Of a stretch of 64,000 nucleotides of DNA, positions 51,880 to 63,600 are shown one piece after another. Location: positions 38,750,001-38,814,000 of the forward strand of contig NC_043001.1 of NCBI RefSeq assembly GCF_006345805.1, given 5' to 3'. Position numbers and translations under genes: made by a program. This stretch comes from Octopus sinensis (Eukaryota). How positions within the stretch are numbered: the stretch's first letter is position 1; each line of letters starts with the position of its first letter. Below the pieces are notes generated by a model that made no database searches, was not told the origin of the DNA, and saw only the letters and a program-made list of their open reading frames with translations.

Positions 51880-54316
51880 CATGTATGATGGTTCACTTGC
51901 ACTCAGTGATTCTGGAAAGAAAGAGACCTGGAAGTGCCACTATGAAAGGCTGCTAAATGTAGAAAATACATGAGAGAAGGAGAGTCTGCCTCATGTTGAT
52001 CCAACACAGACAAGCTATCTGAATCAGTGGTAGTCTGGTAGATAAAGCATTTAATAATATGAAGACAAGGAAAGCTTCTAGCCCATCAGTTATCACTGCT
52101 GAGATGTTTAAAACATCTTATAGAGTTGGGCATGACCTAGTCATCTGTATAGATAATCAGGTTGTCCACAAGGAAGTTATACCCAAAGACTGGTGTAGTA
52201 GCATTATAGTCAACTGCTAGAAAGGTAAGGGTGACACCTTAGACAGAAATAATTAGAGAAGTATCAAATTGCTGAGCCAGGTGATGAAGGTTACAAAAAA
52301 GGTCATAACTCAATTAAATAGGAAAAGAGTTAGCTTAGATGTGATGCAGTTCAGTTTTGTGCCAGGAAAATGTCTTACCAATACTATTTTCCTGGAGAGA
52401 CAACTGCAGAAATATTTAGCTGAAAACAAACTTTTGTACTTGGCTTTTGTTGACATGGAGAAAAACTTGGACAGGGTCCCCTGCTCCCGTATCTGGTAGT
52501 CAATGTGGAAGCTAAAGATAAATGACTAGTCGTTATACAAGCCATGTACAGGGACACTGCCAGTAAGGTGAGAGTTAGCAAAGAATATAGCAAGGAATTT
52601 AAGGTAAAGGTAGGAGTTCACCAAGGATTAATACACAGCCTCCTCTTTTGTATCATAGTCTTCTAGGCCATAACAGAGAAACTGAAGACTGGCTGCCATT
52701 GGGCATTCTTCTGCAATGATGATCTTGTTCTTACTGTTGAATCACTACAGAATTAGGGAACAAATTTCAGGTGTGGAAGCAAAGGGCCTTAGAGTTAATT
52801 TAGCAAAAGCCAAAGTCTTGGTAAGTTGGAAAAAGCACTAATCCCTTTAGGGCAATAGTCCTACTCAATATGAAGGAAAGTTGTTGATAGAAACTCCATA
52901 TGGGATGCCCAGTGATAGCTATGGACACATAAGAGGTGCAGCAATATAACAGGAAGATTTAGAGAGAAAGTAGTCTTTGTGAGTGGTAAATGTGCAGGTA
53001 CAGAAAACAGACTCTCTCAAATGTTAGAAGGGTCTGTAGAAGTAATAGATAGTTTCTGTTACCTAGGTAACCAAATTAGTGGTGAAGAAGGAAGCTCTGA
53101 AGGCATAGGTGTTAGAATAAGAACAGACTACACAATGTCCAGAGAGCTGCTACATTTGTTGGTAACAAAGAGTCTCACTCTCAGAGGGAAAGTCAGAGTG
53201 TATGATGACTGTATGAACAGCTATGCTACATGGCAGTGAATTATGGGTTCTGGCTACAGAGAACATGCAAAGGCTTGAAAGAAATGAAGTCAGCCTATTC
53301 CACCGGATGGGTAATGTTAGGGTGCATATATGACAGAGTGTAAATGATTTATGAGAAAATCTGGGTATAAGAGTATTGAAGAGAGAAGTATAGTATGGAA
53401 GAGAGAAGGCTGCACTGTAACGGATGAGGACAGCTGCATAAAGAAGTTCTAATCTCTGTCTGTGCAGGAAACCTATAAAAGGGGTAAAGCCAGAAAGACA
53501 AGGGACAAGTTGGTGAGAAATGATCTACAAAGGTAGACTCTCTTTGAGAAGATAACAAAGGAGCAAGACTTCTAGTGGTTTGTTGTGCTCGAGGAGACAT
53601 ATCAAGCTAAATAACATAATGGTCATCTATACATACAGGCATACCTTTTACAACCATAGCTCCACCTTCACATACACACATAATTCTATCCTCTGGCAAA
53701 AACCACCCACAATCTACCTCCCTAACAACCCCACCATCCGCTGCAGGCCTCTCCAGTTCTTCTCACCATTACTTGCTATATCTCTAAATATCACCCCTCA
53801 CCATTATTCTCTTTAGGTAGGTCCCCCCTCTCTCTCTCTCTCTGACTGTCTATATCTTTCTCTCTTCTACTCCCACTTCCCTCCCCTTTATTGTCCTACT
53901 GGGTTACCAAGTATCATCTCTGTCGTAAGACAGCTATCCCAGTCCCAATGTCATACTTCCACTTATCACCTGGCACATGGCCACTTCTCTTCGTTCCTCT
54001 CCTTCTCTCAACTGAGATGGTCTTGTCTTGCAAGCTACTTGGCAATGCTATGGGTGCTGGTGCCACATGAAAAGCATCTGTGCTGGCACTATGAATAAAG
54101 CATCCATGCTGGCACCACATAAAAAAAAAACCCATGCTGAAACCAAATTAAAAGCTCCTAGTACATTTTGTAAAGTGATTGGCATTATGAAGGGCATCCA
54201 ACTGTAGAAACTATGCCAAAATAGAAGACGGGAGCCTGGTGTAGCCCTCTGATTTACCAGCTCTTGTTAAACATGGAAAACATATATCAAGTAATGATGG
54301 TGATGTTGATAATGAT
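51880..54316 (+). mobile_element. Degenerate RTE LINE 3' half
   Basis: ORF 52269-52499 (MQFSFVPGK...LAFVDMEKNLDRVP); (GAT)-like tail at ~54295-54316. Confidence 0.85.
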
Positions 54317-55349
54317 GTAGCAGGTAACAACTTCAGACTTGGAGAGTTAAAAGGACTTGGAGACACAAACCAATCTGGAAAATATCCAGTTTAAGAGCAA
54401 TTTCTTCTTGATCATGGAATAGGGTAAATAAACTTTCATCCTCATTTCTAAGCAGATTGAATGTTTTTTTTAATGTAAAAAATACGTAAGTAAACCCTAC
54501 TCTTCACCAGGGTGGGTGAGTGTAAATATAAACCCCTTTCCCCCATTGTCTGTTATTTCTTAAAAAGCTTTCTCAAAACGGTAAAAGTTGTGATAATGAA
54601 AGTTTGTGATTTTCATTTTTAATACTTGTAACACATTTTTGGAGCTTTTCTATATTCATGCATGCATTCTTTAAATTTTGCAGGTCTGCCATCATATTCC
54701 AACCCTTTCAAATTTTGCTTTCTGGTATGGAAATTGCATCCATGTGTATACAGCCTGTTAATGCTTTAAGTGCATTTTCTTTTTAGTGATTTGACACTAA
54801 GTTATATGCATATTTTCAAGTGCCATGCAATATTTTTAGGCTAACTGAAGAATTCACACACACAAGATAGCAAATTTTTACAGATAAGTTTTGGTATTTT
54901 CAGAAGGTATCCTAGAAATGCTAATGTCAGCAAAACTTATGCCATCACAGCAGCCAATTCAATACAAAAACTAGAAGAACTTGTGTTGGCCTTCCATTGT
55001 GAAATTTCAAGCTTATATCAAATTCTATCCCACTCTCTCTTTCCTCATGTGGTTGAATGATTGAAATTCCTTTATTTTCAATATCGATAGGCAAATAACT
55101 TCAAACTGCTACCAAACCTAACTTCTCTCACTTGCTCTGTGAAAATATACGGTTATTTCAGATCTTGAATAATGAATATTTCATCTCTCTACTCACTGAC
55201 AAATTAATTTCAACTTAGATTGGTAAATTTCATGGTGGAATATTCTATCATGCAATATCAACTGAATCCATTTCTAATACCCACCCACTACTCACCATCA
55301 CTTCTGCAAAAGCGACTCAAGCATATGCATAAATGCTTAGTTTATATCT

Positions 55350-55624
55350 TGTGGTTGATGAAAGGAGCACAACGGAAACAAGGAAATAGGAAACAGAGGT
55401 GCAATAAGGTCTTACCTGACGGGGGATGAAGTCGGATGGCCTTCAGCCAACTTGCTCGCGTGTTGTCGTCTCGGTGCCTTGCTGGGGTCTGCCGTAGCCG
55501 GTCGATGCCGCACGTGCGTTGAGTCTCTCGCTTCCGCTTCCGCCGGCGCATGCGCCCTGCAAGACCTGTAAGCATCACTTCCGCTCCCGCCCGTCCCGTC
55601 ACACTCCTTCATCACCACACCACA
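55350..55624 (-). repeat. 3' LTR (275 bp)
   Basis: Matches the 5' LTR at 274 of 275 nt; preceded on minus by the PPT. Confidence 0.97.
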
Positions 55625-55633
55625 CGCCCCCCT
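55625..55633 (-). other. Polypurine tract
   Basis: AGGGGGGCG immediately 5' of the 3' LTR on the element strand. Confidence 0.8.
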
Positions 55634-55660
55634 GATCTATAAATCACTGAACCAGCTTCC

Positions 55661-58593
55661 TCACTCGCTCCCGCACCCGAAACTGGTTTCATAATCAGCC
55701 AGCCAGGGAGGAGGGTGCCGGTCCCTCTGTGGTCGCAGCGCGACCCTAGGACTTGTTTCTGGTGTGTTGCTGTCGACCTCGTCATCCTGTCGGTTGTTTT
55801 CGTCCTGCCTACTGTTGCTTGTCCCATCCTCTGGGGCATGGACAATCCTCCGTATGTCCAAAACGTGGCGTGGCATACCATCGATGGAGATGTTATTTTT
55901 CGAACTTACGGAGGTTATTGTCCCCTTTCCCCATTGCGATGTACACCGTGCGTTTGGGGGTTTTACCCAGACTTCCTCCCCGACCCGCACGAAGGCGTGC
56001 TCTTCCTCTGCCCCGGGTTGCATTGATTTAGTACACGGATGCCTCCACTCGTACCTGAATATTGCTCTGTGTGGCACCGATTCCTCAGCCTGTCCGGATC
56101 GGGGAGACAAGTTGTACCAAAAAACTGCTTCAAGCGGCGAAATGTGCCCCCTTTCCGCTATGGCCTTGACTGTCCGATGGTGCCTCTCCACGATCCCGTT
56201 ACCGCCCGGCCCCTATACGCTGCTCTGAACAAGCGTCGCACGTTCCACCGATCAAGCATAACCCTCAATGCTTCCGAACGAAATGCCGCCCCGTTGTCCA
56301 TCAGTAGTTCTTCCACGGGACCTCTCTCTAAAAATATCCCGTTCAGGATCTGCACGATCTCGTCAGCAATGCCCGATCTCAACTCCCTCCAAATGGCCAG
56401 CCGGCCCGGCCCACAGTCGACCATGGAGAGGTACGCTCGCTGACGGTAGTGTGTCACATCCACAGCTAGCCTTTTCCAGTTCTGCTCCACGGAAAGGCTT
56501 CCCTGTTCATGCCCACACAGAGCAGGGTCGATGGACTGACACCTGTCGCAGCTCCCGACCACCTTCCGGACGCTTCTCCTGGTCACGTCAGCATCAATCT
56601 TTTTTGCCAGATACAGGGTCCTGTCCACCCCCAGGTGATGCATAGCGTGCAATTTCTTCAGCTCGGAGTCATCCAACCGACACGCCGCAGCTATCCCTCT
56701 CCGCGCCTCCTCCGGTTCTTCCAGCCACGCCCTTTTCACCCTGGTCAGTACGTCCGCCTTGTTTTTCTCCGAAGGCACGAAGACCACGTTCAGCTTGAGT
56801 CCGAATTCGGCGATCAGTTCACCTAGAACTCCTAGGCGGCGCTTCACTAACATCTCCGCAGCACCTTTCGTCCGCACTCTCCTGTCACCGGTGATCACTG
56901 ATCCTACCCAGCCAAGCACAGTGGCCAAATCCGTCCGCATTTCAATCGTGCGCAGCCCCCATTTCAAGGCCAAGTTCACCCCTTTCAGTAGCGCGTCTAG
57001 TTCGGCGACATTGATGTGGTTGAAATCATCTGCTTTCCGAAGCCAGGACGCGTCCTCCACCGCAGTGCCTTCGATTGCCAACACCACCCCTATCGCTATA
57101 CTGCTAGCGTCACACCAGACAGTCCCGCATTTCGTCCTGGGCACGTACCAGTTCCCCCTGACTGGGTCTTCCGCTCTTGTCCTCTCTAGGATCTCCTGCA
57201 TCATCGCCACCGTCCCTTCTCCCACCTTGTCGCCCCACCTCTCTCCTTCTGCTCGTCTCTTGGTGTAACTACACGCCGTGCGCAGCCATCCAGCGATCGG
57301 GTAGTGACCGACCAACTTCCCACACACCGAGAACAGCTCTCTCCTGCTGACGCTGGAACTCAGCTCTGGGATTTCATTTCCTCTCCGGAACACCAATTCG
57401 CCTGATCTATCTCTTCGCAGCTTCAGCCCCAGTGCGGCTCCCCCTTCAATCGACTCCGGCGGCTTAGCAATCAGTCCGAACTTCTCCAGATGTCTCACTA
57501 CCTCGTCGGCTGCCACTACAGTTTCGTCCACCAAAATGTCGTCAATGTAGGAGCTGGTGGCCTTTCTAATCTTGCCGTCTTTCCCCAGGACGGACCTAAG
57601 CACTGCCGACATGATCTTCGGAGCAGAATTCAGCCCGAAACCCAGCCTGGTTAGACAGTACGTCCGGCCCTTGTACCGCACCAGCTGATATCGCCATAGT
57701 TTGTCGCTCACATGGAGCTGCAAGTATGCCGATCTCAAGTCGACAATCGTCGCTGCCTCAGTCGACTGTCTCCACTTGCGCAATGCCTCACCACAAACGT
57801 CTGTCGCCTCACCTCCCGTGTGACACGATATGTGCTGGTTTAACTCCCTGAAGTCCAGCACCGGTCTAACTTTTCCCTTCGTAGGCTGCACCACCGCCAT
57901 CAGGGGTAGCACTCCGCCCGCTACCTCCTCCTTCCAAGGGACAAGGATCCCTTCCTTGATCCACCTCTCCACCTCGTCTTCAAACTCAACCCTGGCGTGG
58001 CCTTTCAGAGTATGCTGGTAACAGCTCACCCTGTTCTCCAGTGTCGGGGGCTCGTCCTTCCATTTCCACTCTATCGTCCACCGCCGACCATCGAACGCCG
58101 CCTGAAAGTCCTTGTCCTCGATGGTGTAAGCAGCGCCGTCCCTCGCGGGGCTCTGCTCCCTCTGGTCATCCTGACTCGCAGCGCACGACGCCCCCACGCT
58201 TCCGAACGTGACCTTATTTCCCACAACGCTGACGCCACCGAGGCAGTTGATGGCGTCCATCCCCATCACCACATCAACTCCATTTATCACGCGTTCGGCC
58301 ACAATTGCCTGTAGCCTTAGCGTCGCGCCGCGCACCACTATCTCTACCGCGCTGCTGCCTCTGCAACGGATTTCGCTGCCGTCGACCGCCCGGACACTAC
58401 ACACCCCGTTCCATTCCTTCGTCACCCTCGAAGTCACCAGGGTGGTCGTACAGCCCGTATCCACAAGGGCCTTGAACCTCTCCCCCTCGGCCTCCACGTC
58501 GATCACTGGCAGTGTCTCCAATAGCGCCTCTACTCGTTTGAGGGGAAAGTTCGAGAGGCAGCAACTTCCCCGCGGTCGTTTCCCTGGCCGCAA
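55661..58593 (-). CDS. pol: Pol (protease, RT, RNase H, integrase) in the -1 frame; one frameshift near 56210
   Basis: ALVDTGC; LGFGLNSAP...YIDD; WCDASS...NVAELDA...RTD; HAMHHLG...CDRC; VDVTH, MDNG; the VERHHR part continues in ORF 55661-56191. Confidence 0.93.
58526..58584 (-). promoter_or_regulatory. Predicted -1 ribosomal frameshift signal (slippery heptamer plus H-type pseudoknot)
   Basis: G_GGA_AAC in the gag frame, 6-nt spacer, stem 1 GGGGAAGUU/AACUUUCCCC, stem 2 GCCUCU/AGAGGC. Confidence 0.8.
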
Positions 58594-59294
58594 TCACGGG
58601 CAATGTGCCCTGTCTGCCTGCATCGATAGCAAACTGGCCCCAGCTGCGTACAGTCCCGCGCCATGTGCGGTCCCTGGCATTTAAAACATCGTCCTGAGAA
58701 CGGCCGCTCTCGTTGCACGGTGGGCTTCCGTACCTCTTTCTCGTGACGTCGTCCGTCTTTACGCGCCTCCGTCACCGCCATCGCTACCCCCTTCCGCTCC
58801 GAGTGTCTCGTCAACCCGCGAGCATGAGTTACGAGCTCGCTCAATGGCATCTTTTTGACCCCGGGCAGTTGTTGTAGGTGAATTCCTACGTCATCGGGGA
58901 AGCCATTTACGAATGCCAGTCGGGCTGCTCTCTCCAGTCCTTCTCCGGCAAACCCGGCCAGAGTCGCTAGCCTTCTAGCTTCCGCCGCAAAATCATCTAC
59001 CTGGCCTCCCGTCCACCTGATTGCACCCAGCTTAGCAAAAGCTGTGTACTCGCATTCCGTGTATGCGTCACACAAGCGCCGCTCTATATTCCGATCGCAG
59101 AGCCGTTCTTTTTCGTCCATTTCTAGGTAGAGCGACAACGCACTTCCTTCCAAATACAGGACCATAAGACTCGCCACGTCGCTTATGCCCTGCAGTCTCG
59201 CCACCAGCCTGATTTTCCGAATCCAGGCCACTACATCGCCTTCGCCGTTAAAAGATCTAACGACGTCACTGGCGATCCTAATTTTTGCCGACAT
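58530..59294 (-). CDS. gag: Gag (254 aa) with two CCHC-type zinc knuckles
   Basis: ATG (MSAKIRIASDVV...) 32 nt after the PBS; CFKCQGPHMARDC and CYRCRQTGHIARDC. Confidence 0.93.
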   Translation of the reverse strand: MSAKIRIASDVVRSFNGEGDVVAWIRKIRLVARLQGISDVASLMVLYLEGSALSLYLEMDEKERLCDRNIERRLCDAYTECEYTAFAKLGAIRWTGGQVDDFAAEARRLATLAGFAGEGLERAARLAFVNGFPDDVGIHLQQLPGVKKMPLSELVTHARGLTRHSERKGVAMAVTEARKDGRRHEKEVRKPTVQRERPFSGRCFKCQGPHMARDCTQLGPVCYRCRQTGHIARDCGQGNDRGEVAASRTFPSNE

Positions 59295-59326
59295 CGTGTT
59301 GAAAAAAATGTGAACACTGACTAAAT

Positions 59327-59338
59327 GCCGAAATAGCT
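59327..59338 (-). other. Non-canonical primer-binding site AGCTATTTCGGC
   Basis: Directly abuts the 5' LTR; lacks TGG; is the reverse complement of GCCGAAATAGCT, nt 1-12 of metazoan tRNA-Phe(GAA). Confidence 0.75.
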
Positions 59339-59613
59339 TGTGGTTGATGAAAGGAGCACAACGGAAACAAGGAAATAGGAAACAGAGGTGCAATAAGGTC
59401 TTACCTGACGGGGGATGAAGTCGGATGGCCTTCAGCCAACTTGCTCGCGTGTTGTCGTCTCGGTGCCTTGCTGGGGTCTGCCGTAGCCGGTCGATGCCGC
59501 ACGTGCATTGAGTCTCTCGCTTCCGCTTCCGCCGGCGCATGCGCCCTGCAAGACCTGTAAGCATCACTTCCGCTCCCGCCCGTCCCGTCACACTCCTTCA
59601 TCACCACACCACA
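59339..59613 (-). repeat. 5' LTR (275 bp)
   Basis: Identical to 55350-55624 except one position (59507 A vs 55518 G). Confidence 0.97.
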
Positions 59614-59869
59614 TATCTTTTATTATATTTTTATGACCCATGAACATGTACATAGACGTATGGAAAATATTTGCAATGTATGTGTATACACTTGAATGAA
59701 GGCTTTCTAGCACTGAAGGAAATTAAAACTGAATTGTAACATTATTTTTCACACTAATCACAAGGACCTGCAGCCTCTAGGCATGTGACCCCAAAAATCT
59801 TTCTCTTTCATTAACTGAAAGCATTCTTCAAGACTCCTTGGTTCTACAGATGCAGAGACAGGTAGATTT

Positions 59870-60500
59870 ATATGGTCTGATCAATAAGTATCCGGACTGT
59901 TGCCATAATAACAAAGCTACAGCATGCAAAGTGAAACTGCTAGGCACCTTTAACTCCACTGTGCATGTGCACTAAGTTTGACGTTCTAGGTCACTTCTAC
60001 TGTTTACAGCAGTGTTTAGAAGTAATGTGTGTAGTGTATGTTCATCACATTGACCTGCTCAGTGGCCTATGCAGTTTTCAGAGGCCTACACAAAATTTAA
60101 AAAAAGTTTTCATCATTCTTGACACAATCAAGATTTTATGCAACTATAATCCGAGTGTCCTTTTGGTCAGCTGAAAGCAGTTTTGGCACAAACTTGGTAG
60201 ATATGCACCACATACCCAAATCTTCAGTGATAATGGACTGATAACTAATCTGTACATCTGATAACTCATGGATGGTGATTTGACAATTTCCCCTCACAGC
60301 TGCATGCCCATCTGCGATGTTTTATTCAGTTCTGCTGGTTGCAGGTCTCCCAGAACATTTGTCACAGTTGGCATTTTTTGACCATCTTAGAAACGTCTGA
60401 ACCACTTGTACACTTGTGTACGGATCATACACTCCTCTCCATACACTTTCTGCAGCTTTGCATAGGCTTCTGAGCAGGTACTGCCATGGAATCTTTCTCT
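59870..60500 (-). mobile_element. mariner relic
   Basis: TIR-like GGTCTGATCAATAAGTATCCGGACTG at ~59875; minus reading SEAYAKLQKVYGEECMIRTQVYKWFRRF at ~60395-60480. Confidence 0.7.
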
Positions 60501-60609
60501 GTTATGGTCATATATTGTGTCCAAGAAGTATGAATGAGGGGAACCTCAGCTGGACTGCTTACAGGCAAAGGGGCACAGATACAAATTTTTCTGAGAAAGC
60601 AACAAAAAC

Positions 60610-63600
60610 AGACTAAGTAGTATGGGTATTCTATTAGCAGAGAAATGAAGTATAAGGTGACTGAAGTAGTGTGATAGGATTATTAAGCTTAGAATAACCT
60701 TGGTTGATGTAATTGTGTCAGTGATCTCTGCATATGTTCCACTTCAAACTCACATACTCAGAAAGGCCACATCTGCAGACTACCTTGACAATGAAAGATG
60801 ACAACATTCACATCATTGCATGAGTCTTCAATTGACATGTTGGACAGCACTCCAATGAATTTCATGGTGAGCATGGAAGCTGTGGTTTTAGTTCCAGAAC
60901 TGAGGAGGGGACAAGGTTACTGAAGTTTTGTGATGCTCATGGCTTACCAGTCTGCAACACCAAGTTCAGAAAACCTGCCAATCATATGATCACTTATCTA
61001 AAGATCGAGAGATGCAAGCCAATATAGAAAAGGATGTTGTAGAATTTCAAGGATCTTCCAAAAGGACAGAGATTTAGAGATGTCCTTAATGAAGCCTTTG
61101 ATGAGAAGGGGGAAGAGATAGAGACATATAACATACAAGACAACTGGAAGTTCCTACGAGACAATCTACTAAGAGCAACAGACCAAATCTGTGATTGGAG
61201 CAAAGCCTCTGCCAGGCCAAGGTGATGTGGTGGTGGACAGTGATGTTGACAGGGCCATAAAAGAGAAGAGATAGGTCTATAAAGAATGGGATAAAAGGGT
61301 GGGAGTAGCAATTAATCATATTAGAAAGCTAAAAGGGAAGCTAGACATCAGGTTTATCTAGCTAGAGTAGAAGCAGAAAAGAAGAGATTTGCCAATGTAC
61401 CACAATGGGAAGATAAGAGATTTGAAGTGCTCCGAATTACCAGAGTGTCAGTGAGAATCAAGATAATGTGCAAGTGTGTGCAGATGGATAATGGCATGCT
61501 TACATTTAATGATGTGGACAAGAAAGAGGTGTGGAAAAGTTACTATGGAAAACTGTTGAATGTAGAGAATGAATGTGATAAAGGGAGTCTCCCTCAAGTG
61601 AAACCAAGAGAGGGACCAGCTGTCCTAGTGGTCAGCAGTATGGTAGATAAGGCAATTAAAAGCTAAGATGCTCAAAATATCTGGTACGGTAGGATACCAG
61701 ATAGTCACCTGCATAGTTAACTAGGTCATTCAGGAAGATGTAAATTCTAGTGTTTGGAGTAGCAGCATTATTGTTAGCTGCTACAACAGTAAGGGGGATG
61801 CTTTAGACAGAAGTAATTAATTATCAAACTCCTGGACCAGGTGATGAAAATTAGAGAGAGAGTTATAGCTCAATTAATTAGGAGCATGATTAGGTTTGAT
61901 GAAATGCAGTTCAGTTTCATCAGAGAGAGAAGCACTGCTGACACTATTTTTATAGTGAGGCAACTGAAAGAGAAGTATTTAACTAAGAATAAACCATATA
62001 CTTGGCATTTGTTGATCTAGAGAAAGCCTTTGATAAAGTACTCTATTGTGTGATATGGTGTGCTCTGAGGAGACTGGGGATAGACAAGTGGCTGGATAAA
62101 GTTGTACAGACTATGTACAGAAACGCTGTCAATAAGGTGAGAGTTAACCATGAGTGCAGCAAAAAATTCATCAAGGCTCAGTCCTTAGTCTCCACCTTTC
62201 CATTATTGTCCTCCAACAGAGAAATTCAAGACCAGCAGCCCTAAGTTATCTTAAGAAATGTTCACATGCTTCAGAACAGCTGCAGCAACATCGACAATAA
62301 CAACAGTAATGCCGGTGGCATGTAAGAGAACCATCCGAAAGTGGCCATTGCCAGCGCCACCCCGACTACTATATACTGATGATCTTACCCACATAGCAGA
62401 CTCCACATTAGAGCTAGAAGAGAAATTCCACTTGTGGAAGCAAAATCTGGAATCAAAGAGCCTTAAGATTAACTTAGTGAAGACTAAAGTCTCAGTAAGC
62501 AAGAAAACAGACAGGACCCTCCCTGCTTCAAATAGGTGGCCCTGTTTGATTTCTGAGAAAAGTGTAGGTAGGAACTCCATACGGTGTACCCAGTATAAGC
62601 TATGGACACACAAGAGGTGCAGTGGATTAATAGGAAGTTTATCAGAGAAGGTAATATTCATACACTGAAAATGCACAAGATCCATAAAAACTATAGAGAC
62701 TTAGGAAATTGATTCTCTCAAAAGCCCTGGTGGCTCATTAGAGATAGTAGGACCAAGTTAGGAGTGGAGGAGGATGCACAGAGAGTGTGATAGCTAGAAT
62801 AAGAATAGGGTGGAGGAAATTCAGAGAGCTGTTACGTTTGTTAGCTATGAAAGGCTTTCCTCTTCAAATGAAAAGAAGATTGTAAGACGCATATATACAG
62901 ACATCCTACATGCTAGTGAGATGTAGGCCCTGAATGCAGAGGACATGCAAAGGTTAGAGAGGAATGAGAATGGAATGCTCTGTTGGATGTGTAATGCAAG
63001 CATACATGTTCGACAGAGTGCTAGTGTACTGAGACAGAAGTTAAGCATAAGAGGAATTAGATGCTCTGTGCAAGGAAGAAGACTACATTGGTTTGGTCAT
63101 GTGATGAAGATGGATGCTGACACTCCATAAAAAAGTGCCAATCTCCCTAAGTAGACAGAACACATCGGAATGGGACACTCAGGAAGACATGGGTACTAAA
63201 GACGACCTCAGGATGCTAAACCTTTCGGGTAAGATGACAAAGGACTGAAATGCTTGGTACCTTGGTGTACTGAAGAAGACCCATGCTCCACAATAGAATT
63301 GTTAATACTGGTCCCTCTGGTGAAGAGAATTGGCCTGCAAGAGTCCTGTGCCAGTGCCATGTAAAATCACCCAGGACACTCTGTGGTTGGCACTAGAAAG
63401 GACATCCAGCCATAGAAACCATGACATATTAGACTAGAGCCTGGTACAGCTCTTCAGCTTGCCAGCTCTGGTCAAACTGTCCAACCCATACCAGCATGAG
63501 TCTTCTTAAAGTGAACTTAGTAGAGACTCAGTATCTGAACTGAGAGCTGTAAGACAGATACAGGAATAAAGTCTATGAAGACAAGGAAAGCCCCTGGTTA

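Larger units (their letters stand above)
55350..59613 (-). mobile_element. Young, nearly intact Ty3/Gypsy-type LTR retrotransposon (4264 bp)
   Basis: TG...CA LTRs, 5-bp TSD TATCT (55345-55349 and 59614-59618), domain order gag-PR-RT-RH-IN. Confidence 0.97.

Noticed and set aside
55296-55303. 8-nt candidate microexon (AAGTGATG) and an isolated AAG|GTAAGT donor at 34164
   Set aside because: Splice-like signals alone, with no coding context; expected by chance in 64 kb.
55350-55624. Tf1-type self-priming of the LTR element
   Set aside because: The complement of the PBS (GCCGAAATAGCT on the sense strand) does not occur anywhere in the LTR.
55764-58684. Plus-strand ORFs antisense to pol (e.g. 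56759-57268, 58208-58684)
   Set aside because: Expected shadow ORFs of a GC-rich coding strand; no motifs.
59295-59591. N-terminal extension of gag in the 353-aa ORF call
   Set aside because: It runs through the LTR and PBS from a non-ATG start; the plausible start is ATG at 59294.
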